From Bacteroidota bacterium (GTDB taxonomy: Bacteria > Bacteroidota > Bacteroidia > Cytophagales > Cyclobacteriaceae), in the NCBI GenBank assembly GCA_018266055.1, contig JAFDYT010000004.1, positions 112,893 to 176,892 of the forward strand: a DNA stretch of 64,000 nucleotides, read 5' to 3'. The translations under genes and the position numbers were made by a program. Positions 53,442 to 62,939 of the stretch are shown one piece after another (the stretch's first letter is position 1; each line of letters starts with the position of its first letter). Under the pieces are notes generated by a model, which was given only the letters and a program-made list of their open reading frames with translations, was not told the origin of the DNA and ran no database searches.

Positions 53442-54247
53442 GAGTTAACCTGCGGCACGAATGAAATTGTTTCGAGAAATGTGTTGCCCGTGCCCGTCGC
53501 TTGCGTGATGTAGCCGGCGAAAGTCTCGTACTCCCGCGTTACGGTATATGTGTTGACGCCGACGATGGCTGTCATGTCACTAATGTAGAAATCGTAAACG
53601 CCCTGCACTTTTAAAACTTCCTCGATAAGCTGGTTGACCAAAAGATTTCCGTTGAAGGTCAAACCGTTCGCCAAGTAATTGTTCAACGCGTTGATGACCG
53701 ATGTTTGCATGTCCGACATCGCATAGATGCCGTTGAAGTAAACTGTGCCGGTGATTTTGATCTGGTCGGCGTTCAATGAAATGATGTTCAACGCCGTGCC
53801 CGCAAACTTGATCTTTTGCATGTAGGTCGAAAATTGCGTCAACTCTTGGTTGCTCAACGCGCTTTCCGAACCGATCGAGCCTTTCGCGACCTTGATCGTC
53901 AAACTGCCGTCGTTGATGTCGACGACTGCGCATCTTGATATGATCTGTTTGGTAGCGTCCAGTGTCGCATAAGTACCGTCGGCTTGCAACGTGTCGCCGA
54001 GTTGGAATTCCAAACACTTCGTTTGGTACCACGGAGAAGTGCCAGAGATTTGTGAATTGATCTTGGCGTTGATTTCTGCCTCGGCCGAGTCGAACAATGT
54101 CTCGACGGTGCGTATGCCGTCCGACACGATGCCGATGATCAGATTGGCCACGCCGACCGCCGACGCGAGGCTGATCGCGTTGAGCTGCGGGAAAGTCCGC
54201 ATCTTCGTGACGATGCCGTTATAGATTGTGGTTAAGTCCCTTGCCAT
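53438..54247 (-). CDS. Baseplate wedge protein (gpJ-like position)
   Basis: 269 aa. Assigned from its position in a V-W-J-I-H-G-like order, with no motif proof. Confidence 0.4.
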   Translation of the reverse strand: MARDLTTIYNGIVTKMRTFPQLNAISLASAVGVANLIIGIVSDGIRTVETLFDSAEAEINAKINSQISGTSPWYQTKCLEFQLGDTLQADGTYATLDATKQIISRCAVVDINDGSLTIKVAKGSIGSESALSNQELTQFSTYMQKIKFAGTALNIISLNADQIKITGTVYFNGIYAMSDMQTSVINALNNYLANGLTFNGNLLVNQLIEEVLKVQGVYDFYISDMTAIVGVNTYTVTREYETFAGYITQATGTGNTFLETISFVPQVNS

Positions 54248-54329
54248 TAAGGTTGAATGGTTTGGACTTATATATTAAAGGCGACTTACATTTTGCCCGT
54301 TCCTAAATCTTGAAAAAAATTCTTGCGAT

Positions 54330-57227
54330 TTAGAAAGTGCTAAGAGCGACTCGCTTCCATGTGTTGGTCGCGGTGCAGATGTACAAGTAGCCGCTATCGA
54401 AACGAATCTCGCCAATGGTGCCGGTGCTGCTCGACGTCGACGGAGCCGAAGAAGTCGTTATGCCCGTCACAGCCGACGCTTGTGATATTACAAAAGCTTT
54501 GTCGACCAACGATCGATCGGTGTAATTTGCAGAATAATCTGAACCATACTCAATACCAGATTGGTTAGTTCCGGTTCGAGTGTCGTTGAAGTAAATCGAG
54601 CTTGCTGTATCAGACCCGATGAAGAGCGATCCACCCAAACCCTGAATCTGTAAATTGGCAATCACATTGTTTATCGTCATGCCATAACTTGAGCTTCCGG
54701 TGTCTATGTAACTCCCGCCGCCGCCTTGCAAATGAACTGCGCCTGTAGACAAGCTTTGAATTGTGATGGCATCCGCCGCATAAAGACCGATTGTGTTAAG
54801 GTTTGTAGTATATCCCAGTGAGAAATTGACGCTGCCGTCAAGCGCTATGTCTCCGGTCAAAGTGCCGCCCAACTGCACGTCGGTGCTGCCGACCATCGTC
54901 AAGCCGTTCGACGCGGTGTAAGTCAAGCCGCCGCTCGTCAGATCGTAAACCGTCGATCCGACTTTGTACTTCAGCTTGTGAGAATCGCTGCCGTCGGAGT
55001 ACATCAACCCCCCGTTGCCCGACACTGCCGTTGAAGGCAGAGTCACGGCATCGCTGACGAAAGTTGCTCCGACCGCGCTACCGAAGTCGGTCGAGCTGCC
55101 GAACATTTTAAGGTTCTGTCCCGTCAATGTCAAATATTTCGAACCGACGGTGCCGCCTTCCGCCGACAGTTGGACTTCGCCGGAATCGGCGGTGCTGCCC
55201 AGATAAAAATAGTTCGGGCCAAGCCGCGCCATCTGGTTCAACGTCCCACCCTCGTCCATCTTGAAGATGAATTCGCCGTATCCGCCCAAGACCGGCGTGA
55301 GGTAGCGACAGTCGATCACGCCCGCCGTTATCTCAGTGTTGAACTGCGATGACAAATTGAAGTCGATGCCGACTCCGTAGTACGGGCCGCTCGACGCGGC
55401 CGATCCCGACGACATCAGGTTTGAAAGCTGCAACACCGAGTTGGTGCTCATTGACGTGACGATGTTTTTGATCTTGTGAACGCCCGTCAAAACTGCTCCG
55501 TTGGAGTCGACGGTGTAGCCCGCGTTCTGGGTATTCGAATACAATGAGAATGAATCGGCGTTGACCCCGAAAGCGCTCAGCTCGGTGCTGAGCCCGATCC
55601 CCAAAAGCTGGTGGCCGTCGATGAAAGTCGGGCTTGTTATTGTCCCGCCCAACGAGACGGTTCCGCTTGATTCTGTCAAGCCGTTGGCGAAAGTGTAGGA
55701 CGAGCCGCCGCCCACGGACGACAAGTTCACGTATTCGATTTTGCCGTTCGACGAATCGCGCACCAACACTTGCGTGCCGTTGGTTCCTGCCAACGCCGGA
55801 GTAGATGCAATGTTCAAATTAGGGACATAGACTTGATCGGGTTCGCCCGCCCTTGCCTTGATCGCGTTGCCGCCCAAGACGATCGACCGTGGTGAGTCCG
55901 TTGGTATGTTGTGGTCTTGACCGCCGATGATGGCCGAATATGCGCCAAGCGCGCCGTGTCCCGACGTAGATTGGTTGATAGAGTTGTGAGAGATGTTGAT
56001 GGCGTTGCCGGCCGCGATGACATAGCGATAATTGCTAAGGTTGTCGCGAGTCGAACCGCCGATCGACGGGACGCCGTCGATGCCGATGGCTACGCCGCCT
56101 TCTCCGCCTGTGCCCAAAACACGCGCGCCCTCGCCGCCGACGAAACTGTTGATCGCGAAGTTGTCGTTGAAAGTGCCGTATGTGAAAGTGCTGGAGCCCG
56201 AGAACCAATTGACGTTGTCGCCGATGATGTGACCGAAGCCGACCATCGCCGAATCGGTGACGGTGCCGCCGCCCGCCGGGTTGCCGTAGATTTCCATTTT
56301 CTCCCCGAAGACAAAGACGTTGTTGATGTAGTTCAAGCTGTCGTGAACCGTCGGGTTGGTCTGCGTCATCACGACCAAGACGTTGTCATTGCCGGTGTAC
56401 GTCGAATTCGGCGCGCCGATGCTCGTGCCGGTGCCGAAAACGAAATCATTGGACGGTATGTTGGTCGTCAGATGGTAAGCGTTGCTTGAGTTGGTCGCCC
56501 AGCCCGCGGTTCCGTTAGATACTTTGGTATCGACGTAATTTTTATCAACCAATGAACGCGAAGTGTAATTGGTTGAATAATCTGCGGCGTATTCGACGCC
56601 GCTTCTGTTTGAACCCGTTCTTGAGTCGGTGATCAACAACGAGTGCGCGCTGTCGAGCCCGACGTCGATTTGTGTTTTCGTATTCGCGCCGTCCGGGTTG
56701 CCGCCGTAAAGGTGGACGCCCGTCGAAGTCAACTCGGTTCGAGCCTGCAATGTGCCCGACGGATATAACGACATCCTGATCGTGTTGCCCTGCATCCTGA
56801 AATCGGAAAACGCGGAATAATCTGATGCACCCGCCGCGAAGTCAATGAAGCTCATCGGCGCGACGTTCGAACCGAGCTCGAATTGAAAGTTGCCCTCGAT
56901 GTCGACGTCCTGAGTCAGCGTCCCGCCCAACGTTATCACGTCGGCAGTGTTTGTCAACCCGTTTTGGAAGACGTAAGTCGCGACGCCGTTGGTTCCGCCT
57001 CCGCCCCCGGTGCCTTTAGCCACTAAGTCAGAATTGGTCACGCCGTTGGCGAACCAATATTCGACGCCGGTGATGTTGACCGTCAAGCCCTGATAACGTA
57101 AAGGCCCCGCGATCGTCGTCAACACTTCCGACAATGAGCCGTAAGGGACGCCCGCCGCGTTGAAATATTTCGAATCGATCGGTTTGCCCGCGTTGATTTG
57201 AAGATTGTCATTTAGAACTATAGCCAT
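54330..57227 (-). CDS. Large tail fibre or receptor-binding protein with internally repeated modules
   Basis: 965 aa, Gly/Ser/Thr/Asn-rich. Three NGLT...LGGTLT modules and two copies of a TRTG(S/T)N(R/Q)SG(V/I)EY..DYS.NYT.RSLVDK segment. Confidence 0.75.
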   Translation of the reverse strand: MAIVLNDNLQINAGKPIDSKYFNAAGVPYGSLSEVLTTIAGPLRYQGLTVNITGVEYWFANGVTNSDLVAKGTGGGGGTNGVATYVFQNGLTNTADVITLGGTLTQDVDIEGNFQFELGSNVAPMSFIDFAAGASDYSAFSDFRMQGNTIRMSLYPSGTLQARTELTSTGVHLYGGNPDGANTKTQIDVGLDSAHSLLITDSRTGSNRSGVEYAADYSTNYTSRSLVDKNYVDTKVSNGTAGWATNSSNAYHLTTNIPSNDFVFGTGTSIGAPNSTYTGNDNVLVVMTQTNPTVHDSLNYINNVFVFGEKMEIYGNPAGGGTVTDSAMVGFGHIIGDNVNWFSGSSTFTYGTFNDNFAINSFVGGEGARVLGTGGEGGVAIGIDGVPSIGGSTRDNLSNYRYVIAAGNAINISHNSINQSTSGHGALGAYSAIIGGQDHNIPTDSPRSIVLGGNAIKARAGEPDQVYVPNLNIASTPALAGTNGTQVLVRDSSNGKIEYVNLSSVGGGSSYTFANGLTESSGTVSLGGTITSPTFIDGHQLLGIGLSTELSAFGVNADSFSLYSNTQNAGYTVDSNGAVLTGVHKIKNIVTSMSTNSVLQLSNLMSSGSAASSGPYYGVGIDFNLSSQFNTEITAGVIDCRYLTPVLGGYGEFIFKMDEGGTLNQMARLGPNYFYLGSTADSGEVQLSAEGGTVGSKYLTLTGQNLKMFGSSTDFGSAVGATFVSDAVTLPSTAVSGNGGLMYSDGSDSHKLKYKVGSTVYDLTSGGLTYTASNGLTMVGSTDVQLGGTLTGDIALDGSVNFSLGYTTNLNTIGLYAADAITIQSLSTGAVHLQGGGGSYIDTGSSSYGMTINNVIANLQIQGLGGSLFIGSDTASSIYFNDTRTGTNQSGIEYGSDYSANYTDRSLVDKAFVISQASAVTGITTSSAPSTSSSTGTIGEIRFDSGYLYICTATNTWKRVALSTF

Positions 57228-57243
57228 TTAGTGTGTGAATATT

Positions 57244-58512
57244 TTATGACAGCGTCATCGCGCTGCTTACAGCCGTCTGATAATTGCTGATGTATATTTT
57301 GTAACTGACGCCGCTCCACAAAGAGGACGGCGAATTGATCGTCACCGTCACTGGATCGGGGAACAAATTTCCGCCCGACGAAACCGCGCCGCCGATCGCG
57401 CCGTTGTTCAATGCGGTTATGAACCAAGTCGACCTGTTCGCCGACGTCGACGGTATTGCGAACCACAAGAAATCTGAGCTGCCGCTTGCGAAGCTGACGC
57501 TGATCGCGCCGCTCGACGATGATACCACTTTAGTTCCGCCGTTGATCAACGCTTGGTTCGCCGTTGGACGTACACCGGTCGACTTGCCGTAGAAGAACGG
57601 GTACAATGATGACACCGTGAACGATGACGAATTGAAAGAACCGCTTTGCGTATTGGTGCCTTCCGCTCTCCACGATTGCGAGATCGGGGAAGTGTTACTG
57701 ATAGTGCCGATCGAAACGGTGTCGGTTCCGGTGTTGGCAGCACCGGTATCGATCAATGTGTTGGTGTGTTGGTCCCTGATATTAATAGAGTTGACGGCGA
57801 CGTTGCTTGAATTGCTGGTCGACCAGTTGAAAGTCTTGCTGCCGCTTAGCGCGACACCGACCTCTATCAATGCGGGCTGCCCCACTATTGAAAAGCTTGT
57901 GAACGATGGGGCGAGATAAGTGACAAGCATGCTTTCCAATATTTGTGACACCGTCTTGCCGCTCAAAGCAGAGCCCGCCGCCAATGCGCCGACCGTCACG
58001 TTAGAAGGCGACGCGCCGGTGTAATACATGTTGGCGCTTGTGCCGGAGCCTCCGCCTAAAGAGTTTATCGTGATGCTGTCAGACGCGACGTCGATCGTCA
58101 CGTTTGTCCCGGGCTTTATCGATTTCAGTTGCACGACGTTCGACAACGTCGAAGCGTAAAGCCCATCGCCCGTTCCGATATTAGCCACGTCAGCTATCGT
58201 GGGCGTGCGATAAACGCCATCGCCGCTTAAGAAAGTATCGCTGCCTTGGCTCGTGCTAAGCAGATTGATCAACGACAGCTCCGACGCCGATACGAACTTG
58301 TGAACCGTTGACGTATCGTTCAGATCGTCGGGCGTCAAGACCACGTCGCCGACTTTGGTGTTGACCGACGTGACCGGGCCGGACAAAGCGGCGATGCTGA
58401 CGGCCGTCGCCGATCTGTATTCGTTGATGCCGTCGTCGATCAGCAAAAAATAATTTGCCGATGACGGGTCGGGTTGTAAGTCGTACTGTGTTATGATTTT
58501 GTTTCCTGCCAT
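57244..58512 (-). CDS. Tail fibre/structural protein
   Basis: 422 aa, Ser/Thr/Gly-rich with beta-rich composition, lying between the fibre genes. Confidence 0.55.
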   Translation of the reverse strand: MAGNKIITQYDLQPDPSSANYFLLIDDGINEYRSATAVSIAALSGPVTSVNTKVGDVVLTPDDLNDTSTVHKFVSASELSLINLLSTSQGSDTFLSGDGVYRTPTIADVANIGTGDGLYASTLSNVVQLKSIKPGTNVTIDVASDSITINSLGGGSGTSANMYYTGASPSNVTVGALAAGSALSGKTVSQILESMLVTYLAPSFTSFSIVGQPALIEVGVALSGSKTFNWSTSNSSNVAVNSINIRDQHTNTLIDTGAANTGTDTVSIGTISNTSPISQSWRAEGTNTQSGSFNSSSFTVSSLYPFFYGKSTGVRPTANQALINGGTKVVSSSSGAISVSFASGSSDFLWFAIPSTSANRSTWFITALNNGAIGGAVSSGGNLFPDPVTVTINSPSSLWSGVSYKIYISNYQTAVSSAMTLS

Positions 58513-58531
58513 TTTCTTATTTATAGTTTTT

Positions 58532-59359
58532 TCAATCGGCGATAATGAAAGCGCCTTCGTGATCGCGCACAGGCAAACCGGCGTGATCGATTATGTAATA
58601 CTCGACGTACGTGAAATTGATGTCGACCGTCACGGTGGCCGTTGTCAAAATTGAATCGGTGACGACCAATGTGTAAGCGCCGCTGCTTACGCCGTTCAAG
58701 TTCTGCGTCGTCGCTCCGTTCGACCAATTATAAGAGTACGGCAATACTCCGCCTTTGACCTGCACCATCGCAAAGCCGTTCGACGTGCCGGTGTCGTCGC
58801 CGATCGATAACACGATTATCCTGAGATCGCCGGTGTAGAAATCGACGTAGTCGGAATTGTTGATCACGTAATTGTCGACCGGCATGTTGACGATGGTCGT
58901 GTCGATCTTCACCACCTGTCCCGACGTTAAAGAATCGTCGATGGTCAAACCGTTGTCGGTTAAAAATTTCTGAACGTAAGATATGTCGTGATAAAACTGT
59001 AACACTACGTCGAATATCGACTGGCCGGATTGCACGACCCAAGTGTCGGAGACCTTTCGCGGGTCCGATTGTACGATCGGCGCTTTCACACCGCCGATTA
59101 TTTTGACGCTCGGGTTGATCGACTTCTTGATGAAGTCGAAGTTGTTGACGGTCGAGTCGTTCTTTTCGAAAAACGATACGGTCGAGTTACTCGTCGCGTC
59201 GCCCGACGCCGACCGCACTTTTAAAACCTGACCGGCCTTCAGATCGCTATCGATCGACAAATCGTTGTCTTGCAACAATATGTCGACGCCCGTCACGCTG
59301 CCGTAATAACGCAACGCGATGTCGTAAATGGATTGGCCGTCCTGTACAACTATCGTCAT
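58532..59359 (-). CDS. Tail-module protein with two LysM-like domains and a SprB-type repeat
   Basis: 275 aa. LysM-like segments are VQDGQSIYDIALRYYGS...LKAGQVLKV and VQSGQSIFDVVLQFYHD...LTSGQVVKI. The SprB-like segment is VKGGVLPYSYNWSNGATTQNLNGVSSGAYTLVVTD. Confidence 0.65.
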   Translation of the reverse strand: MTIVVQDGQSIYDIALRYYGSVTGVDILLQDNDLSIDSDLKAGQVLKVRSASGDATSNSTVSFFEKNDSTVNNFDFIKKSINPSVKIIGGVKAPIVQSDPRKVSDTWVVQSGQSIFDVVLQFYHDISYVQKFLTDNGLTIDDSLTSGQVVKIDTTIVNMPVDNYVINNSDYVDFYTGDLRIIVLSIGDDTGTSNGFAMVQVKGGVLPYSYNWSNGATTQNLNGVSSGAYTLVVTDSILTTATVTVDINFTYVEYYIIDHAGLPVRDHEGAFIIAD

Positions 59360-59691
59360 GGGCGGTATGCTTCGACGTTTAATACGAAGTTGTCGTTGAG
59401 TATCAACTGCGTTTGCAATTCTTCCTGATTGACGTTGAACCGAATGTCCTCGTATCCGTCGCGTTTCAATTGCTGCTGCACAAGCGTCTCAAGCTGCGAG
59501 ACCGAGATGTTGCCGTTTAAGAATCGGTTGACGCCGACGCCGACCAACGGCGACATGAACCACCCGCCCGGAGCCGAGTCGATGATCTGTTCGATGTTCT
59601 GATTGTCCGACAAACCGACGACCCAGTCACCGTTTTGCACCATGAGGTCGGACGTGTCGTCCAATAAAATGTCTGATAAAAATGTAGCCAT
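59356..59691 (-). CDS. Small baseplate protein (gp25/gpW-like position)
   Basis: 111 aa. Assigned from size and position. NIEQIIDSAPGGWFMSPLVGVG loosely resembles the gp25-family core. Confidence 0.35.
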   Translation of the reverse strand: MATFLSDILLDDTSDLMVQNGDWVVGLSDNQNIEQIIDSAPGGWFMSPLVGVGVNRFLNGNISVSQLETLVQQQLKRDGYEDIRFNVNQEELQTQLILNDNFVLNVEAYRP

Positions 59692-59895
59692 GTTGCTTAT
59701 ATATTATAGCGTGGAAACAAAACATGGATTTAGGATAGAATCCTAATGGCAGAAGTGCCGGAACACAAATGAAAACTGAAGACGTCAAAATCGATATATT
59801 GGTCGAGGCGGCCTGTGCCGTACACGACGAGCGAATATCTTTAGAGCCTTTCACGGGCTGGGTCTTAGAATGGATCGTGAAACGCCGCGAGGAAA

Positions 59896-60135
59896 TCAGC
59901 TTAGCCCGCCGATCACGACTCCCGGAGCCGACTGCGTCTGCGTTGTCGGAGAGCCCGCAGTTATAATGGTGCCGATTGGAATTGTTAACGTTGCCGATTT
60001 GATCGCGTTCTCTAATGCGGTCGCAAGTCCATCGGCGAATTGAGATTTAACAACGTTGGGATCGCTCGAATTGGCAAAGCTTTGGTTCAATACCGTTAAT
60101 ATTTCCGCTTTAATTGTTGCGTGAACTAAACTCAT
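59896..60135 (-). CDS. Hypothetical tail-module protein
   Basis: 79 aa. Overlaps the upstream gene by 4 nt. Confidence 0.4.
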   Translation of the reverse strand: MSLVHATIKAEILTVLNQSFANSSDPNVVKSQFADGLATALENAIKSATLTIPIGTIITAGSPTTQTQSAPGVVIGGLS

Positions 60136-60731
60136 TGATATACACTTAAGATTTTTGTAAACGCATTCAACGCGTCTGTGTAAGCATTTGTGATGTCTGC
60201 AATATTTATTGGTACACTTGATGCACCTGTCGATGTCATCACTGTTAAATTCTCCATTGCAGATTTAATTTCGCTATTGGCGTTTTTCAAATCGGTGATT
60301 GCATCCTTTAAACTTTGTCCATCAACAACTAACTTCATTCCATTCGGCAAAACGTCGAACTCGACGTGCGCGTTTGAATCGACGATCTGAAACTTTGTGT
60401 CGATCGTGGTTATCACTTCGGGCGACGTCACATATAATTGCGTAAGTTGTCCCGTCAACGCGACGAACGAATTCAATTTGTCATATTGAACCACTGTGAC
60501 TATGCTGTCGATTTCCGGGATCGGCACGACGCTTTTGTTGACGCCAAGTTGCGTGACAAGCGGTACCTCGTAATGCACTTTGCCGGTCGCCTGACCGACG
60601 CAGTCGATTGTGAAATTGGTGATGTCGACCGCGAACACGACGCAGTTCTCGGCCCCGAGCTGCGGTGCAGAGTTCTGTTGCACAAACTTTTTGAGGTTCT
60701 CATTTATGACGTGTAAGTTTTCCATCGTCAT
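60132..60731 (-). CDS. Baseplate spike/hub-associated protein (gpV-like position)
   Basis: 199 aa. An N-terminal beta-rich part is followed by a helical tail. The call rests on position. Confidence 0.35.
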   Translation of the reverse strand: MTMENLHVINENLKKFVQQNSAPQLGAENCVVFAVDITNFTIDCVGQATGKVHYEVPLVTQLGVNKSVVPIPEIDSIVTVVQYDKLNSFVALTGQLTQLYVTSPEVITTIDTKFQIVDSNAHVEFDVLPNGMKLVVDGQSLKDAITDLKNANSEIKSAMENLTVMTSTGASSVPINIADITNAYTDALNAFTKILSVYQ

Positions 60732-60896
60732 TATCTATTAAGAATTGCGATCGGAACTACTTTAAGCCACGTTACCGAATGTAAAAAGAGCCACGAAAAA
60801 AGATCCAGATAATGATATAGTATAAGTTATAATTATAAATTTCTTCTCCGCGAAATTTTAAAAAGTCGGAAAGGCCGATTTCAAAAAAATGACTTC

Positions 60897-62231
60897 TTAA
60901 ACTCTTCGCCCGATGTATATCTTTTGACGGTAGCTCGCGCCGTCGGCGTTGAACTCCCTTTCGACCGCTTTGACGAGGTAAGACGATTGGCTCTGCCCGC
61001 CGCGCGACGGGGCGTCCGGGTCGTACAATGTCACGATGTCGCCGGAGTAAACGGCGGGCGCGCCGAACGTGGTGAAGGAACCGGCGTAGCCGTCATACTT
61101 GTAGCGTAACAATTCCTGTTGCGCCAAGTCCTCAAGTTGAGATTGCGAGTCGGGCGACGTGGTGTCGTAGTTGTAGACGAACAGCTTCTTCACCTCGCCC
61201 TCGGCGTCGCCGAAGTATTCGAGCTGCCCGTTGTTCAACGTCTGCGTGTTGGTCACCTTCGTCTTGTACTTGTTGTTGACGATCTTGGTCTGCACGTTGT
61301 TCTTGATGTTGATGACCTCGATGCGGTACTTGACGCTTTTCGCCGATTGAAAGTACAAGCTCGAACTGTCGATGATGTTCTGTTTGAACGCGAACAAATG
61401 CTCTTTCTGAAATATCGCCCACGACTGCGGGCCGATGTAAATTTTCCCGCCGCGGAAGTAGGCGAGGATGCCCGCGTAATCCTTGAGGTCGTCGAATATC
61501 TGTGCCAATGAAAACGCGCCGTCCGATTTGTAGCCCGGCAATTCGACCGAGACCGTGGTCACGTTAGATTTGTCGAAAGAGTCACCGACGATCGGCAACG
61601 TCGTGTCGTACAGGTACACTTTCAAAATGTCATCGAGCGAAGTCTTCTTCGGCAGATAGGAATTCACGGAGCCGAGCGTGACGCCGAGCGAGCCGTCGTC
61701 CTTGACGATCGGGTTTGCTGGAACGACTTTGTTGTTGATCTTCCTGCCCGTCAGAAAGTCGTCGGGGAAAAGTCGGTTGTTGCGTTTCAACGCCCACATC
61801 TCGTTCTCGCAGCGTAACACTATCGGCACGCCTATCTGCACGTCGGCGATATAACCGGTGAAGTACGCCGTGTAATCGGGCTTCGAGTTCGTTTGCTGCG
61901 CGACGGCGGGATTCGAAGTGTTGATGATCGGCACCGTGTACCACATTTTTAAACTGACGTAATCGCCGATTTGGAAAAGCAAATCGGGAGTGACCGAAAC
62001 GTCGACGCCGGTGTCGGTCGTGTAACGGAACTTCAAGCCTTTTGCCAACGCTATTTCGCAAGTGTTGACGAGGTTCTCGTTGCTCTCCGACGTCTTTATG
62101 CCGACGACTTCGTCGAAGTTGAAATTCTGGTTGGCGCGCATCACGATCGGCGTGCCGTCCTGAGTGTTGCCGACGGTTCGGCTTTCTCCGGTCGTTATGT
62201 CGATCTCGCAATGTAGTTCTAAGTACGCCAT
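60897..62231 (-). CDS. Baseplate hub / late-control-D-like tail protein
   Basis: 444 aa. It is the second gene after the tape measure. Assigned from size and position. Confidence 0.4.
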   Translation of the reverse strand: MAYLELHCEIDITTGESRTVGNTQDGTPIVMRANQNFNFDEVVGIKTSESNENLVNTCEIALAKGLKFRYTTDTGVDVSVTPDLLFQIGDYVSLKMWYTVPIINTSNPAVAQQTNSKPDYTAYFTGYIADVQIGVPIVLRCENEMWALKRNNRLFPDDFLTGRKINNKVVPANPIVKDDGSLGVTLGSVNSYLPKKTSLDDILKVYLYDTTLPIVGDSFDKSNVTTVSVELPGYKSDGAFSLAQIFDDLKDYAGILAYFRGGKIYIGPQSWAIFQKEHLFAFKQNIIDSSSLYFQSAKSVKYRIEVINIKNNVQTKIVNNKYKTKVTNTQTLNNGQLEYFGDAEGEVKKLFVYNYDTTSPDSQSQLEDLAQQELLRYKYDGYAGSFTTFGAPAVYSGDIVTLYDPDAPSRGGQSQSSYLVKAVEREFNADGASYRQKIYIGRRV

Positions 62232-62232
62232 A

Positions 62233-62922
62233 TCAATGACCCAGCACCGTGTCGTTGTTGGTCGGAATCTGCGCGTCGATGGTGTCTTCGTTTGAGATCG
62301 CGATGGCCGTGAAAAATCCCGCCTGCTGGTTGACGTAGCCCGCGCGCTGCGGCATCGAGTAATCCAATATGACGATGCGGTCGATGTTGAAGAAGTTTAA
62401 AAAGCGACACGAGACCGTCAAAGGCTCTTTGCTTTCCAAAATCTTGATCATCTTCCTTATCGGCGCTTCGGGCATGACGTTCTCCCAGCTGGACGCGATG
62501 TTGAAGTTTGCCGTGATCTTATAACTGCCTTTGGCGAGGTACTCGACGACCATGTCGTCGCGTCCCGCGATCGTCGTCATGTTCATCACCTTCGCCAGGT
62601 CGACCCGAAGGATGCACTCTTGCAGGCGGATCGAATCCGGGTCGCCGCTTAGAAAGTTTTCTTCGCTGATGTTGTTTGCTGTGCGCTGAATCTGCGTCGC
62701 AAGCTGGTTGCCTAATGAGACGGTCGAGCCGCCGACGTTGACGCTGCCGCTTATGTCGACCGAACCGATGTCGGGTCGCAGCGATAGTATCACGTCCGAG
62801 TAGACCCAAGTGCCGAAGCGCGACAGGGACGCCTTGCCGAGGTACTTGTCGTCGGGGACGATCGGCGCGTTGATCCCGGAGCCGCCGAGCTTGTTTTGAA
62901 GAAATGATCCTAAGCCTGCCAT
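62233..62922 (-). CDS. Tail assembly protein following the tape measure
   Basis: 229 aa. Its stop at 62233 sits 1 nt before the start (62231) of the next gene. Confidence 0.4.
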   Translation of the reverse strand: MAGLGSFLQNKLGGSGINAPIVPDDKYLGKASLSRFGTWVYSDVILSLRPDIGSVDISGSVNVGGSTVSLGNQLATQIQRTANNISEENFLSGDPDSIRLQECILRVDLAKVMNMTTIAGRDDMVVEYLAKGSYKITANFNIASSWENVMPEAPIRKMIKILESKEPLTVSCRFLNFFNIDRIVILDYSMPQRAGYVNQQAGFFTAIAISNEDTIDAQIPTNNDTVLGH

Positions 62923-62939
62923 TCATTATTTGATATTTT

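Noticed and set aside
51419-59359. Diversity-generating retroelement acting on the fibre genes
   Set aside because: I found no reverse transcriptase gene and no template/variable repeat pair in the window.
59627-59966. ORFs 59627..59854 (-) and 59769..59966 (+) in the gap within the tail module
   Set aside because: They overlap neighbouring genes and have implausible composition. The gap more likely holds a hairpin (TTAGGAT-AGA-ATCCTAA, 59730-59746) and a promoter.
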